Positions 14,307-26,079 of a stretch of 64,000 nt of DNA are shown piece by piece; position 1 is the stretch's first letter; each line of letters opens with the position of its first letter. The stretch lies in NCBI RefSeq assembly GCF_054482595.1, contig NZ_CM137008.1. One strand, written 5' to 3'. Position numbers and translations under genes: made by a program. Below the pieces are notes generated by a model. The model did not search any database, was not told where the DNA came from, and saw only the letters and a list, made by a program, of their open reading frames with translations.

Positions 14307-16226
14307 ATGAATAAGTTTATCGCTGCTGAAGCTGCGGAATGTATAGGCTGTCATGCTTGTGAAATTGCCTGTGCGGTGGCACACAATCAAGAAAACTGGC
14401 CGCTGAGTCACAGTGACTTTCGACCGCGTATCCACGTTGTAGGGAAAGGCCTGGCTGCGAATCCGGTGGCCTGCCATCACTGCAACAATGCCCCTTGCGT
14501 TACGGCTTGTCCGGTTAATGCTCTGACTTTCCAGTCCGATAGCGTACAACTGGACGAGCAAAAATGTATTGGTTGTAAAAGATGCGCAATCGCTTGCCCC
14601 TTTGGCGTCGTTGAGATGGTCGATACGATTGCGCTGAAATGCGACCTTTGTAACCAGCGCAGTTCCGGCACGCAAGCCTGTATTGAAGTCTGCCCAACAC
14701 AGGCGTTACGGCTGATGGACGATAAAGGGTTACAGCAGATAAAGGTGGCCCGCCAGCGCAAAACGGCAGCAGGAAAAGCGTCATCAGACGCTCAGCCATC
14801 TCGCAGTGCAGCGTTGCTCCCCGTTAACTCGCGTAAAGGCGCAGATAAAATTTCAGCGAGTGAACGGAAAACCCACTTTGGCGAAATCTATTGCGGGCTG
14901 GATCCACAACAAGCGACTTATGAGAGTGACCGCTGTGTTTATTGTGCCGAAAAAGCTAACTGCAACTGGCATTGCCCGCTGCATAACGCTATTCCGGATT
15001 ACATCCGTCTGGTACAGGAAGGAAAGATTATTGAAGCGGCAGAACTTTGCCACCAGACCAGTTCCTTACCAGAAATCTGCGGCAGGGTATGCCCACAGGA
15101 CCGTCTTTGTGAAGGCGCATGTACTTTGAAAGATCACTCTGGCGCAGTCTCTATCGGTAATCTGGAACGCTACATCACCGATACCGCGCTGGCGATGGGC
15201 TGGCGTCCCGATGTCAGCAAAGTTGTTCCCCGTATCGAGAAAGTGGCGGTGATTGGCGCTGGGCCTGCAGGGTTAGGGTGTGCTGATATTCTGGCGCGCG
15301 CAGGAGTTCAGGTCGATGTCTTTGATCGCCATCCAGAAATTGGCGGTATGCTGACTTTTGGCATTCCTCCTTTCAAACTCGATAAAACGGTATTAAGCCA
15401 GCGGCGAGAGATATTCACCGCAATGGGAATCGACTTTCATCTTAACTGTGAAATTGGCCGCGATATTACCTTTAGCGATTTAACTTCTGAATATGATGCA
15501 GTTTTCATCGGCGTGGGGACTTACGGGATGATGCGAGCTGATCTGCCGCATGAAGATGCGCCCGGTGTCATTCAGGCTCTACCGTTCTTGACTGCCCATA
15601 CCCGCCAGCTCATGGGGTTGCCGGAGTCTGAAGAGTATCCGCTGACGGACGTGGAAGGTAAGCGAGTCGTGGTATTGGGCGGTGGCGATACGACAATGGA
15701 TTGTTTGCGGACTTCCATCCGCCTCAATGCCGCCAGCGTGACCTGCGCGTATCGTCGTGATGAAGTCAGTATGCCGGGCTCGCGCAAAGAGGTGGTCAAT
15801 GCGCGCGAGGAAGGTGTCGAGTTTCAATTCAATGTTCAGCCGCAATATATCGCTTGTGACGAAGATGGGCGTTTAACTGCGGTGGGCCTGATTCGTACCG
15901 CCATGGGTGAGCCGGGGCCGGATGGTCGCCGTCGTCCTCGTCCGGTTGCGGGTTCAGAGTTTGAATTGCCCGCCGATGTTCTCATTATGGCCTTTGGTTT
16001 CCAGGCGCATGCCATGCCGTGGTTGCAGGGCAGCGGAATTAAACTCGATAAATGGGGCCTGATTCAAACCGGCGACGTTGGGTATTTACCTACCCAGACG
16101 CATCTGAAAAAAGTATTTGCTGGTGGGGATGCAGTTCATGGCGCGGATCTGGTTGTCACTGCCATGGCCGCAGGAAGGCAGGCGGCGCGCGATATGTTAA
16201 CTCTGTTTGATACGAAGGCATCGTGA
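14307..16226 (+). CDS. ygfT: Fused 4Fe-4S ferredoxin / FAD-NAD(P)-binding oxidoreductase
   Basis: Supplied ORF 14292-16226; multiple CxxCxxCxxxCP ferredoxin motifs plus [11 protein letters not shown] dinucleotide-binding motif; start taken as MNKFIAAEA (14307). Confidence 0.88.
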   Translation: MNKFIAAEAAECIGCHACEIACAVAHNQENWPLSHSDFRPRIHVVGKGLAANPVACHHCNNAPCVTACPVNALTFQSDSVQLDEQKCIGCKRCAIACPFGVVEMVDTIALKCDLCNQRSSGTQACIEVCPTQALRLMDDKGLQQIKVARQRKTAAGKASSDAQPSRSAALLPVNSRKGADKISASERKTHFGEIYCGLDPQQATYESDRCVYCAEKANCNWHCPLHNAIPDYIRLVQEGKIIEAAELCHQTSSLPEICGRVCPQDRLCEGACTLKDHSGAVSIGNLERYITDTALAMGWRPDVSKVVPRIEKVAVIGAGPAGLGCADILARAGVQVDVFDRHPEIGGMLTFGIPPFKLDKTVLSQRREIFTAMGIDFHLNCEIGRDITFSDLTSEYDAVFIGVGTYGMMRADLPHEDAPGVIQALPFLTAHTRQLMGLPESEEYPLTDVEGKRVVVLGGGDTTMDCLRTSIRLNAASVTCAYRRDEVSMPGSRKEVVNAREEGVEFQFNVQPQYIACDEDGRLTAVGLIRTAMGEPGPDGRRRPRPVAGSEFELPADVLIMAFGFQAHAMPWLQGSGIKLDKWGLIQTGDVGYLPTQTHLKKVFAGGDAVHGADLVVTAMAAGRQAARDMLTLFDTKAS

Positions 16227-16714
16227 TGAAATCGTTAATTATCGTTAATCCGGCTGACTGTATTGGCTGCCGTACTTGTGAAGTGGCCTGTGTGGTCGCT
16301 CACCCTTCAGAACAAGAGTTGAATGCCGATGTCTTTTTACCCCGGCTGAAGGTACAGCGACTGGACTGCATCAGTGCGCCGGTGATGTGCCATCAGTGTG
16401 AAAACGCCCCTTGTGTTGGCGCTTGCCCCGTGGGGGCGCTGACGATGGGCGAGCAGGTGGTGCAGACCAATTCTGCCCGTTGTATTGGCTGTCAGAGTTG
16501 CGTCAGTGCGTGCCCGTTTGGAATGATCACCATTCAGTCGTTGCCGGGGGATACCCGGCAACAAATCGTGAAATGCGATCTCTGTGAACAGCGGGAAGAG
16601 GGGCCTGCCTGCGTTGAATCTTGCCCAACACAGGCGCTGCAGTTGCTTACTGAAAGAGAACTCAGGCGAGTCCGCCAGCAGCGTATTGTTGCCAGCGGTG
16701 AGAATCCTCTGTGA
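16223..16714 (+). CDS. ygfS: 4Fe-4S dicluster ferredoxin-type protein
   Basis: 163-aa ORF with four Cys clusters; overlaps the ygfT stop by 4 nt. Confidence 0.88.
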   Translation: MMKSLIIVNPADCIGCRTCEVACVVAHPSEQELNADVFLPRLKVQRLDCISAPVMCHQCENAPCVGACPVGALTMGEQVVQTNSARCIGCQSCVSACPFGMITIQSLPGDTRQQIVKCDLCEQREEGPACVESCPTQALQLLTERELRRVRQQRIVASGENPL

Positions 16715-16722
16715 AAGAAATC

Positions 16723-16744
16723 TCCGCGCTGAAAGGCGCGGAGA
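16723..16744. terminator. Bidirectional terminator hairpin between ygfS and ghxQ
   Basis: ctccgcgc-tgaaag-gcgcggag perfect 8-bp inverted repeat between convergent genes. Confidence 0.6.
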
Positions 16745-16749
16745 ATCTA

Positions 16750-18117
16750 TTAGATTGCCCAACCACCCGCGTAAAATGCGACCAGTGCGGCAGTAATGAT
16801 CACCGTACCAATATTCAGCTTTTGCCATTCGCGTGCAAAGACGCGGCCTACGACCAGTGTCACAAAGCCCAGCATAATACCGGTAACGATATTACAAGTC
16901 AGAACGATGAACACGGCACACACCAGGCCAGCCATAGCGTCAATAAAATCATTGAAATCCAGCTTCGAGACGTTACTTAACATCAGCAAACCTACGTACA
17001 TCAGAGCGGGTGCAGTGGCGTAACCAGGGATCAAAAATGACAGCGGTGATAAGAACAGAATCAGCAGGAATAACGCCCCCACTACGGTTGCGGTTAACCC
17101 TGTTTTACCCCCGGCGGCGGTTCCTGCCGCTGATTCGATATAAACCGCTGCGGGCGCTGCGCCCACCAGGCCGGAGAATATTGAACTTACTGAGTCACTG
17201 GTCAGGGCTTTGCCGCCGTTGATGATCTGGTTGTCTTTATCCAACAAATTCGCCTGACCGGCGACGGCACGGATGGTGCCAGTAGCGTCGAACACTGCGG
17301 TCATCACCAATGCCAGTACACTCGGAAGTACAGTTGGCTGGAGTGCGCCCATAATATCGAGGCTGAAAATCAGAGACTTACCATCTTCGCCAGTCAGGCT
17401 TGGCATCGCCACCAGACCGTGGTATTTCACCGCTGGGTCAAAGATTAAGCCGATGATCGAAATTGCAATAATCACCAACAAGATCCCGCCGGGTACGCGA
17501 CACTTCTCCAGACCGAAGATGACCGCCAGCCCCAGCAAGCTCATCATCACCGGGAAGGAGGTAAACGCACCGAGCGCCACTGGCAAGCCTTCAATCGGGT
17601 TTTTGATAACCATTCCCACACCGTTAGCAGCAATCAGCAGCAGAAACAGCCCGATACCGATACCTGTACCGTGAGCGATCCCCATCGGTAAATTACGTAA
17701 GATCCAGGTACGCACACCGGTTACGGAAATGGCGGTGAAGATGACGCCCATCAGAAATACCGCGCCCAGTGCGACAGGAACGCTAATTTGTTGCCCGAGT
17801 ACCAGACTGAATGCGGTAAACGCCGTCAAGGAAATCGCGCAACCAATCGCCATTGGCAAATTGGCCCATAATCCCATCAGCAACGAGCCGAAGCCCGCGA
17901 CCAGACAGGTGGCAACAAACACAGCTGCGGGAGGAAAACCTGCTTTGCCCAGCATTCCCGGAACGACGATAACGGAATAAACCATGGCCAGAAAGGTCGT
18001 TAAGCCAGCCAGTACTTCCTGACGAACGGTACTGCCACGAGCGGTAATTTTAAAATAATTATCCAGCGCGCCCTGTGGCTTTGGTGCGTCCGGTGTTTGT
18101 AGGATGTCTCCAGACAT
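16750..18117 (-). CDS. ghxQ: Guanine/hypoxanthine permease (NCS2/AzgA-like)
   Basis: 455-aa polytopic membrane ORF; K-12 synteny (ygfQ). Confidence 0.88.
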   Translation of the reverse strand: MSGDILQTPDAPKPQGALDNYFKITARGSTVRQEVLAGLTTFLAMVYSVIVVPGMLGKAGFPPAAVFVATCLVAGFGSLLMGLWANLPMAIGCAISLTAFTAFSLVLGQQISVPVALGAVFLMGVIFTAISVTGVRTWILRNLPMGIAHGTGIGIGLFLLLIAANGVGMVIKNPIEGLPVALGAFTSFPVMMSLLGLAVIFGLEKCRVPGGILLVIIAISIIGLIFDPAVKYHGLVAMPSLTGEDGKSLIFSLDIMGALQPTVLPSVLALVMTAVFDATGTIRAVAGQANLLDKDNQIINGGKALTSDSVSSIFSGLVGAAPAAVYIESAAGTAAGGKTGLTATVVGALFLLILFLSPLSFLIPGYATAPALMYVGLLMLSNVSKLDFNDFIDAMAGLVCAVFIVLTCNIVTGIMLGFVTLVVGRVFAREWQKLNIGTVIITAALVAFYAGGWAI

Positions 18118-18152
18118 AATGATGTCCTCACGAGGATGTAAAAGTTTTATTA

Positions 18153-19472
18153 TTAGTTGCGTTCGTACACCAGACGACCATCAACGTAGGTGCGGTAGAT
18201 CGAACGGTCATCGCCCAACGTCATCATCACGAACAATTTGTCGACTAAAGAAACAGAGTTGTCATAGCGCAGCTGCTGTAGCGGAGTGGCGGTGGGTTCC
18301 ATCACCACGAAATCAGCCTCTTTGCCAGGTAAAAAGTTGCCAATCAAATCGTCAAGGCCCAGAGATTTCGCTCCGCCGAGCGTTGCCAGGTAAAACGCTT
18401 CATATGCCGAGAGGCGATAGCCTTGTAATTGCAACACTTTGTAGGCTTCGTTCAGCGTTTGCAGCATGTTGAAAGTGGTTCCGGCACCGATATCCGTTCC
18501 CATGCCCACTTTGACTTTCTTCTGCCATGCTTTTTTCAAGTTGAATAAGCCGCTGCCGAGGTAAAGGTTGGAGGTCGGACAGAAAGCAATGCTGGATTTG
18601 GTTTCGCTGAGACGATCCCACTCTTTTTCTTCGAGATGGACGCAGTGAGCAAAGACACAGTTTTTACCGGTCAGGCCGTACTGATGGTAAACATCCAGAT
18701 AACCATCATGGTCAGGATAAAGCGATTTCACCCAGGCAATTTCATCTTTGTTTTCACAGAGATGGGTATGTACCCACGTATCCGGATATTCCTCTTTCAG
18801 GCGTTGCGCCATCGCCATCTGTTCAGGAGAAGAAGTAGGGGCGAAGCGTGGCGTAATCGCATATAGCAGACGACCATTTTTGTGCCAGCGTTCAATCAGT
18901 TCTTTGCTTTGGTGATAGCTGCTTTCGGCAGTGTCGAGCAGATAATCCGGTGCGTTACGGTCCATCATCACCTTACCGGCAATCATACGCATATTGATAT
19001 GACTGGCGGCTTCAAACAGCGCATCAACGGATTGCGGATGAACAGTGCCAAACACCAGCGCCGTGGTGGTTCCGTTACGTAAAAGCTGCTTGATGAAGAA
19101 CGCCGACATTTCGCGGGCGTACTCTAAATCCTCATAACGACGTTCAGTAGGGAAGGTGTGTTTATTCAACCACTCCAGCAATTGCTCACCATAGGCCCCC
19201 ACCATTTCACTTTGCGGATAATGGATATGTGTATCGACAAAGCCCGGTACTATCAGTTTGCCGCGATAGTCGCGCACGCGAATGGTGTCAGGAATTTGAT
19301 GCTTTCCGTTTTCCCATTCGCCAAACCATTCCACTTTTCCCTGTTTAATGAGTAATAAACCATCCTCAATAAACCGCAGCGCAGAGGCAATCTCTTCCGG
19401 GTTATCGACCGTACGGGTGACATCAATAAAACTGCCTCGTACCGCTTTTAACGTGTGTTCTCCTGACATCAT
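18153..19472 (-). CDS. guaD: Guanine deaminase
   Basis: Supplied ORF 18153-19592; start trimmed to [15 protein letters not shown] (19472); amidohydrolase HxH motif (VDTHIHYPQ). Confidence 0.92.
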   Translation of the reverse strand: MMSGEHTLKAVRGSFIDVTRTVDNPEEIASALRFIEDGLLLIKQGKVEWFGEWENGKHQIPDTIRVRDYRGKLIVPGFVDTHIHYPQSEMVGAYGEQLLEWLNKHTFPTERRYEDLEYAREMSAFFIKQLLRNGTTTALVFGTVHPQSVDALFEAASHINMRMIAGKVMMDRNAPDYLLDTAESSYHQSKELIERWHKNGRLLYAITPRFAPTSSPEQMAMAQRLKEEYPDTWVHTHLCENKDEIAWVKSLYPDHDGYLDVYHQYGLTGKNCVFAHCVHLEEKEWDRLSETKSSIAFCPTSNLYLGSGLFNLKKAWQKKVKVGMGTDIGAGTTFNMLQTLNEAYKVLQLQGYRLSAYEAFYLATLGGAKSLGLDDLIGNFLPGKEADFVVMEPTATPLQQLRYDNSVSLVDKLFVMMTLGDDRSIYRTYVDGRLVYERN

Positions 19473-19486
19473 TGACTCCTTTACTG

Positions 19487-20887
19487 TTAATCCATATCTT
19501 CCGCTGAGGTAATACCAGGCAGAACGTTTTCCTGTCGGTAGCCACCAGGGAGGATAATATTTAATAAAATCGCAGTTAACCCGCCAGCACAAATAGGGTT
19601 TTCAACTAATACATAAATAGAGGCTGGCAATATTTTAAAAATTTCGGGATCGTAGGAGACGCCAAGCCCTAAACCTAAAGAAGTGGCGACAATAAGTGTT
19701 TCACGCCGCTTTAATCCGTTGGTGATGATGATGCGAATCCCAGCGATGGCAATCATGGAAAACATCAACGTCATTGCGCCTCCCAGAACTGCCGAGGGAA
19801 TGGTCGTGAAGAAGCCGCCAATCATCGGAAATAAGCCGAGGATAACCAGCATTACCGCGATGGTTCGCCCGACATAACGTGAAGCGACGCCAGTCATCTG
19901 AATAACCCCATTATTTTGCGCAAACGTGGTTAATGGTAATGAACCAACAGCGGAGGCGATAACAGAAACCAGACCATCTGCCAGCACGCCGCCTTTCAGT
20001 CGGGACTGATACTCTTCCCCCTGAATGGGGCGGCGGGAAACCATTGCCGTGGCGGTGATATCGCCGACTGCTTCCAGCACGCTAAGCAGATAAATCGTGC
20101 CAACCACCAGGAACTGATGGAAGCTAAAACTAAAGCCGTATTTGAACGGATGTGGGATGGTGATTAACGGCAAATTGCGCATACTGCTGAAATCCACCAT
20201 GCCCAGGCATAACGATGCGATATAGCCGACACATAGCCCAATGGCGATCCCTCCCATGCGTAGCAACGGACTGCGACAGCAGTTAAAGCCGATCACCACA
20301 ATCAAAACCAATAAACCAACGCCGAGATGTTCGTAATTGCCGAACGTACCGCTGCTTTTGGCTGCAAATCCTCCACCAAAATCGATAATGCCGACTTTAA
20401 TCAGGCTTAAGCCGATCATCAGTACCACAATACCGCTGACAGTAGGCGTAATAACCCGACGTAAATAGGGCAGGATAAAAGAAGAGCCGACAACCAGAAA
20501 TGCGCCAACGAAGGAGACGCCGAGAAGCGACGACATGATTAACTCTTCGTGAAAACCGTCGCTTTTCATGCTGCTGCCCAGCGCAATCATGACCGTAACA
20601 AATGAAAAATTGACTGACTGAATTGAGAGTAGGCCAGAACCGACGATGCCGTAGCGGTTTACTTGTAACCAGGTACCAATACCAGAGGCGATCATCGCCA
20701 TAGAAACAAGATAGGCGGTTGTTTCAGCGGAAAGCTGTAAGGCCGCACCCACGATTAACGCGGGGGTTACCATCGGAACGAAAATTGCCAACAGATGGGT
20801 AATGGCACCAACGAGAGCCTGATGAAAGGGAGGGCGATCCTCCAGTTCAAATATAAGGTCAGAACCTGCATGGTTTATATCAGACAT
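19487..20887 (-). CDS. xanQ: Xanthine permease (NCS2 family)
   Basis: Supplied ORF 19487-20944; start trimmed to MSDINHAGSDLIFELEDRPP (20887). Confidence 0.9.
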   Translation of the reverse strand: MSDINHAGSDLIFELEDRPPFHQALVGAITHLLAIFVPMVTPALIVGAALQLSAETTAYLVSMAMIASGIGTWLQVNRYGIVGSGLLSIQSVNFSFVTVMIALGSSMKSDGFHEELIMSSLLGVSFVGAFLVVGSSFILPYLRRVITPTVSGIVVLMIGLSLIKVGIIDFGGGFAAKSSGTFGNYEHLGVGLLVLIVVIGFNCCRSPLLRMGGIAIGLCVGYIASLCLGMVDFSSMRNLPLITIPHPFKYGFSFSFHQFLVVGTIYLLSVLEAVGDITATAMVSRRPIQGEEYQSRLKGGVLADGLVSVIASAVGSLPLTTFAQNNGVIQMTGVASRYVGRTIAVMLVILGLFPMIGGFFTTIPSAVLGGAMTLMFSMIAIAGIRIIITNGLKRRETLIVATSLGLGLGVSYDPEIFKILPASIYVLVENPICAGGLTAILLNIILPGGYRQENVLPGITSAEDMD

Positions 20888-21051
20888 CCCTTCACTCCTT
20901 TTAAAGTAAATTTGATCATCTGAATTAGTAAAATAAATTCCCACGAATTTGGGGCGCAGGACGCCTTGAGAACGGCTTATCTCATTTTCGCAGTCACTAT
21001 TTAGTCATCGTTCAAACAGAGAAACAGGCCGCCGAAGCGGCCATTTATTAC

Positions 21052-23922
21052 TTATATTTTTTCCAGCGCGGTGAGTATTTTCTCCGGTGTGAAATGCCAT
21101 TCGCGTAACCAGATGCCGCAGGCATCGTGAATTGCGGTAGCAATCGCCGGAGCTGCGCCATTTACACCAATTTCCGAGATCGATTTCGCCCCGAACGGGC
21201 CGACTTTATCGTCGCTCGGCACCAACACAGCGCGGAAATCACGCGGAATGTCACCAATTTTCGGTGCGCCGTAACTGCGTAAATCACGCGTTAACGGGTG
21301 ACCTTCGGCGTCATAAATGATCTCTTCGCTCATACTGTGGCCGATAGCACGCAGGGTGGCACCGTAGATTTGTCCCAACGCTAACTCTGGATTGACCGGT
21401 GTACCGCAGTCCAGCAGGGCGTAGAATTTATCCAGGCGGATTTCACCCGTACGCGTGTTGACGGCAACTTCAGCGAAGTTTGCGCCATACGGGAAAGCGA
21501 AATCAGGCGTGATATAACTGCCAGTTCCCACCAGTGAACCAAAGCCGGTGCCGGTTTCGCCTTTATGGGCAATATCCCCGAAACTAACTTCGCCTTTCTT
21601 GCCGCGCACGACGCCCGGCGTTGCTAGTTGAACATCTGCCACTGGCTCACCCAACATTTGCGCGCCGTGGAACAGAATTTTCTCCCGCAGATTTTCCGCT
21701 GCCAAACGCGCCGCGTTACCCGAGAAGCAAGTACCGGACGAGGCATATGCGCCTTTATCAAACAACGCATGATCGGTATCACCGGAGATAACATGCACGT
21801 CCTGCGGTGGGCAGTGCAGCACTTCTGCTGCCAGTTTCGTCACTACAGTATCCAGACCAGTACCAATATCCGCACCGCCAGAATGAACGATAAAGGTGCC
21901 GTCCGATTCCAGTTTGATCATGCAGTTAGCCTGATCGATATCCGGGATACCCGATTTCTGCATGATAATGGCGACGCCGCGACCGATGTGCCAGTCACCA
22001 TTTTGCGGTTTCGGTGAAGACCATTGGATCATCTCGCGACCCTGACGCAGGATCTCTTCCAGTGCGCAGCTGGCGGCGGAAGGAACGGAGGTTGGCGCTT
22101 TACCTTCACCAATTGCACCGAGAATTTTCAGCTCTTGCCCTTCGTGTACCCGGTTACGTTCGATAATTTCCAGTTGGTCGATCTGTAACTGTTCAGCAAG
22201 TTCCGCTAATGCCATGGTGATAGCGAAGTTACCTTTCGGTGCGCCATAACCCTGATAAGCACCATTTGGGCAAATGTTGCTGTAGTAGGTGGTGACCTGG
22301 AAATCGACGTTATCGCACGGATATAAGGGCAGCGACAGCGCCGGTCCGTTACACGGTACGGTGAGTGAGTGGTTGCCGTAAGGGCCAGTGTTGGCGCGGA
22401 AATCCATCTTCACTGCCGTCAGGCGACCATCTTTTTTCGCTCCCAGTTTGACGGTGACTTTCGCGACGTGACGAGAGGTGTTAGCAATAAACTCTTCTTC
22501 ACGGGTGTAGCGGAACAGTACCGGACGCCCGGTCACGCAGGTTGCCCATGCGCACACTTCTTCCAGCAGGATGTCCTGTTTGGAACCAAAACCGCCGCCA
22601 ACTCGCTCTTTAATGACATGAACTTTATGCTGTTTCATGCCCACGAGGCGCGCGACCTGGCGGCGTAAGTGCCATGGTACCTGGGTGGAGGCGTGGATAA
22701 CCAGACGATCGCCATCCATGCGGGTAAAGCAGATATGTGTTTCAGTCGGGCACTGCTGCGCCTGCGTTGAGTTATAGGTTCGCTCAATGATCACATCGGC
22801 ATCGGCAAAGCCTTTGTCCATATCGCCAATATGACCATGAATACTGGCGGCGATATTTTTGCGGGGGCGAGAACCGATCGGGAAGTTAATGATCATATGC
22901 TCGCCGCGCTGGGCTGCATGGCTGTTATCGTCTTCCAGAGTATCTGGCGCACCAGCAACATACACCACCGGTTCATCGTGCACGACAGGCGCATCTTCCG
23001 CCATTGCTTCGTCGATCGACATTACCGGCTTAAGCACTTCATATTCAACGTCGATGAGCTTCAGTGCTTCGAGCGCAATTTCTTCACTTTCAGCGACGAC
23101 TGCAGCAACACGATCGCCGACGTGACGCATTTTCTTGCCGAACATACGGCGGTCAAGCGGTGACGGTTCCGGTGCGCTCTGACCACCCGGGGTATAGTAG
23201 ATATCCGGGCAATTCAGGTGAGTAATAACGTGAACGACGCCCGGTAAGGCTTCAGCTTTGCTGACATCCAGATGAGTAATCAGTGCGTGAGCGTGTGGGC
23301 TACGTAACATTTTAATGACGCAGGCGTCAGCCGTTACGCGGTCTTCAACATAGCAGGGCTTCGCCTGCACCATTTTTGCGGCATCAGTTTTAGGATAATG
23401 CTTACCAATGACTTCAAGGTCGTCACGGAAAGTCGGAGCGATATCAATGGTGGCCTGCGGATTATTTTTACGTGCAACCGCCAGTTCAATGACCTGATAG
23501 TATTGCTGCCAGCCAGCATCGCGGCTAAACAGACCTGAGAGCGAGTCGTCGATCTCTTCGCGGGTAGGTGCGGCGATGCGATCGAGAAGATCGGTGATAA
23601 TCAGAGCCGCAGCTGGATCGTTATAACCAGACTGCACCACGCCAACATCAACCATTGCCTGTTGAACCAGACTTAACTCGTTCCATTTGCCCAGAGATTC
23701 TGCGGTACGAATATCTGCCTTCTCTAACTGTGCGGCAATAAGCAAGGACGCGTTAACGATATTACCGTTAAAGATAATTGCGTCAGAACCGGCAAACCCG
23801 AAGCCATCATCACTGTTGCGTACAGAGTGCATTCCCATGTTAAACAACAGCTTTTGCACGTTTTCGCCTGGATTAACGGTTAGCTCCTGAGGCGCGCCAT
23901 TTAAAGTAAAGTGGATGATCAT
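21052..23922 (-). CDS. xdhD: Molybdopterin-dependent hydroxylase, xanthine-dehydrogenase family (fused Fe-S and Mo-binding domains)
   Basis: 956-aa ORF; matches remembered XdhD/YgfN length and position. Confidence 0.9.
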   Translation of the reverse strand: MIIHFTLNGAPQELTVNPGENVQKLLFNMGMHSVRNSDDGFGFAGSDAIIFNGNIVNASLLIAAQLEKADIRTAESLGKWNELSLVQQAMVDVGVVQSGYNDPAAALIITDLLDRIAAPTREEIDDSLSGLFSRDAGWQQYYQVIELAVARKNNPQATIDIAPTFRDDLEVIGKHYPKTDAAKMVQAKPCYVEDRVTADACVIKMLRSPHAHALITHLDVSKAEALPGVVHVITHLNCPDIYYTPGGQSAPEPSPLDRRMFGKKMRHVGDRVAAVVAESEEIALEALKLIDVEYEVLKPVMSIDEAMAEDAPVVHDEPVVYVAGAPDTLEDDNSHAAQRGEHMIINFPIGSRPRKNIAASIHGHIGDMDKGFADADVIIERTYNSTQAQQCPTETHICFTRMDGDRLVIHASTQVPWHLRRQVARLVGMKQHKVHVIKERVGGGFGSKQDILLEEVCAWATCVTGRPVLFRYTREEEFIANTSRHVAKVTVKLGAKKDGRLTAVKMDFRANTGPYGNHSLTVPCNGPALSLPLYPCDNVDFQVTTYYSNICPNGAYQGYGAPKGNFAITMALAELAEQLQIDQLEIIERNRVHEGQELKILGAIGEGKAPTSVPSAASCALEEILRQGREMIQWSSPKPQNGDWHIGRGVAIIMQKSGIPDIDQANCMIKLESDGTFIVHSGGADIGTGLDTVVTKLAAEVLHCPPQDVHVISGDTDHALFDKGAYASSGTCFSGNAARLAAENLREKILFHGAQMLGEPVADVQLATPGVVRGKKGEVSFGDIAHKGETGTGFGSLVGTGSYITPDFAFPYGANFAEVAVNTRTGEIRLDKFYALLDCGTPVNPELALGQIYGATLRAIGHSMSEEIIYDAEGHPLTRDLRSYGAPKIGDIPRDFRAVLVPSDDKVGPFGAKSISEIGVNGAAPAIATAIHDACGIWLREWHFTPEKILTALEKI

Positions 23923-24698
23923 ACGGCTTCCTCCCCAGCCTGTTGGCAGTCGGCATACAGGTCGGCTACCAGAACTCCCGTGATATAGCGTTTATAGGCC
24001 ACGCTGCCCCGCAAATCTTCCTGCGGGAAAATGGCGTTGGCGACAGCCTGTTCAAGTGCATTGCCTTCCAGATTTTGTTTTTCGACATCGTGCAGACGCA
24101 GTGCTTTACTGGCGACGCCATCCAGCGCAATTCGCATACCGTCGTGGTCTGTCATTGCAACGGCTGCCGTCACGACGGTTAAACCTGCCTGAGAACGGCT
24201 AATTTTCCGGGTCGCACAGGTGCGATACGGATCTTTAATGATAATTTCGGTTAGCAGGCGATCGCATGGGCAGGCCAGGTAGTCCTCGATTGACAGCGTT
24301 TCGCCGTTGCCAAAAACCAGTTCAGCATCCAGTGCCAGCAGGACGGGAAGCAGCACCGACTCTTCCTGGCGGGCGGCGATTTCACCACCAATGGTCGACT
24401 GATTACGAACATGGCGTGAGTAAACAAAACCGAGGGCTTCACGCAGCGCTGCAGGAATAAATCGCGCATCACGCAGTGGCTGCAAGCGAGACATTGCGCC
24501 AATCCGCAGTGCACCGTTATCCCAGTCAACCCAGTCTAGCTCCAGATCCTGTAAGGAAATGGCAATCTTTTTATCGGTACGGGTTGGTGTAGCATTGAGT
24601 TTGCTGCCCCCGGCGAACCAGACGGCTTCATCCTGGTAGCGGCGCTTCAGTTCCAGCGCCTGTTCGACAGAGTCGGGCCTGAAAAATTGTTCAATCAT
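23919..24698 (-). CDS. ygfM: FAD-binding subunit of molybdo-hydroxylase (CO dehydrogenase flavoprotein-like)
   Basis: 259-aa ORF; 4-nt overlap with the xdhD start; K-12 synteny. Confidence 0.88.
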   Translation of the reverse strand: MIEQFFRPDSVEQALELKRRYQDEAVWFAGGSKLNATPTRTDKKIAISLQDLELDWVDWDNGALRIGAMSRLQPLRDARFIPAALREALGFVYSRHVRNQSTIGGEIAARQEESVLLPVLLALDAELVFGNGETLSIEDYLACPCDRLLTEIIIKDPYRTCATRKISRSQAGLTVVTAAVAMTDHDGMRIALDGVASKALRLHDVEKQNLEGNALEQAVANAIFPQEDLRGSVAYKRYITGVLVADLYADCQQAGEEAV

Positions 24699-24748
24699 CT
24701 TCTTTCCTTATTTAACCCTCTTCCCTGCGGGAAGAGGGCATCTGTCAT

Positions 24749-26077
24749 TTATGCCAGCGCATCCATCCGACGCCACATACTGGCAGCGGCTTTTCTGGCT
24801 TGTGCATAAATGGAATCGCAATCGAAGTTAAACTGACGGTCTTCATAGACCATCACACCATTGACCATCACGCTGTGAACGCTGCCTGAGCCCATACCGA
24901 AAGCGATATGCCCGGCGATATTGTCTGCCAGCAGCGGCGTCGGCGAGTTGTAATCGCAAATGGTTAAATCAGCTTTGTAACCGGCTTCCAGAAGCCCAAA
25001 TTTCGCGCCAAAGTTGCGGCTCATCAGTTCGTTACCGTTAGTCAGGGCTTTGGCAAAACTGTCAGGCCACAGCGGACCACCCGCATCGCGATGTTTAAAG
25101 AAGGCAAATTTCATCTCTTCAAACATGTCCGAACCAATGCCGTCCGTTCCCAACGCCAGATTGCGGATGTCGCTAAGGTGATGGTTGTAGCCGACATGGT
25201 TGTTCATGTTTGAACGGGCGTTATGCACCAGGAACGCATCGCGCTGATTGAGTAGGGTGATGTCATCTTTCGACAAGTACAGCCCATGAGCGACCAGTGT
25301 TTTGCTGTCGATGAGATCGAATTGCGCCAGTCGTGCCAGCAGGTCTTTGCCGTACCAGTGGTGACTGTAGGAAACGTCGTAAAGGTCTTCCGCAGCGTGA
25401 ATATGCAAACCACGGCCTGTGGCTTTCACGGCTTCACGCAGCATCTCCAGACCGGCATCTGGCACGGTAAACGGCGCGTGAGCACCGATATGTGCTTCCA
25501 CCAGATACGGCTCGGTTGCTGCTTTCTTCGCCTCATCAATCTGACGGGCGAAGCGGATGTTTTCTTCTACACCTTCCTGCAACTCTTTGATGCCGTTGTT
25601 ACGGTCAGTAGTTTCAAAACAGGTCATCGCGCGCAGGCCAACTTTTAAAAATGCGTCGCGCAATGTGGAGAGCGACCCGCCGATATACGCCGGAGAGGCA
25701 TGGTGATCGATAACCGATGTACATCCGCTCTTAATCGCTTCCAGGGAACAAATCAGTCCGCTGTAATAGAGCGACTCTTCATCAAGGGCGCGATCGAGCC
25801 GCCACCAGAGATTTTTCAGCGTTGAGATGAAATCCGGGCAAGGGGCGATGTTTGCCATAATTCCGCGGGAAAGCCCCGAGTAAAAATGGTTGTGCGAGCA
25901 GACAATCCCTGGCATCACAATCCGGCCATGCATCTCTTTGAAGCTGGCGTCGGGGTAGCGTTGCGTCAGGGCATCGCCGATAGCGACAATCACATCGTTT
26001 TCGATGGCGATATCAACGCCTTCCTGCACTTTTGCCGGGTGTAGCTGTACCGCAGTGACATTCTTCAGAATCAACAT
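24749..26077 (-). CDS. ssnA: Amidohydrolase-family protein SsnA (chlorohydrolase / aminohydrolase-like)
   Basis: Supplied ORF 24749-26143; start trimmed to MLILKNVTAVQL (26077), giving an ATGA overlap with the ygfK stop; HxH metal-binding motif (CSHNHFYS). Confidence 0.88.
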   Translation of the reverse strand: MLILKNVTAVQLHPAKVQEGVDIAIENDVIVAIGDALTQRYPDASFKEMHGRIVMPGIVCSHNHFYSGLSRGIMANIAPCPDFISTLKNLWWRLDRALDEESLYYSGLICSLEAIKSGCTSVIDHHASPAYIGGSLSTLRDAFLKVGLRAMTCFETTDRNNGIKELQEGVEENIRFARQIDEAKKAATEPYLVEAHIGAHAPFTVPDAGLEMLREAVKATGRGLHIHAAEDLYDVSYSHHWYGKDLLARLAQFDLIDSKTLVAHGLYLSKDDITLLNQRDAFLVHNARSNMNNHVGYNHHLSDIRNLALGTDGIGSDMFEEMKFAFFKHRDAGGPLWPDSFAKALTNGNELMSRNFGAKFGLLEAGYKADLTICDYNSPTPLLADNIAGHIAFGMGSGSVHSVMVNGVMVYEDRQFNFDCDSIYAQARKAAASMWRRMDALA

Positions 26078-26079
26078 GA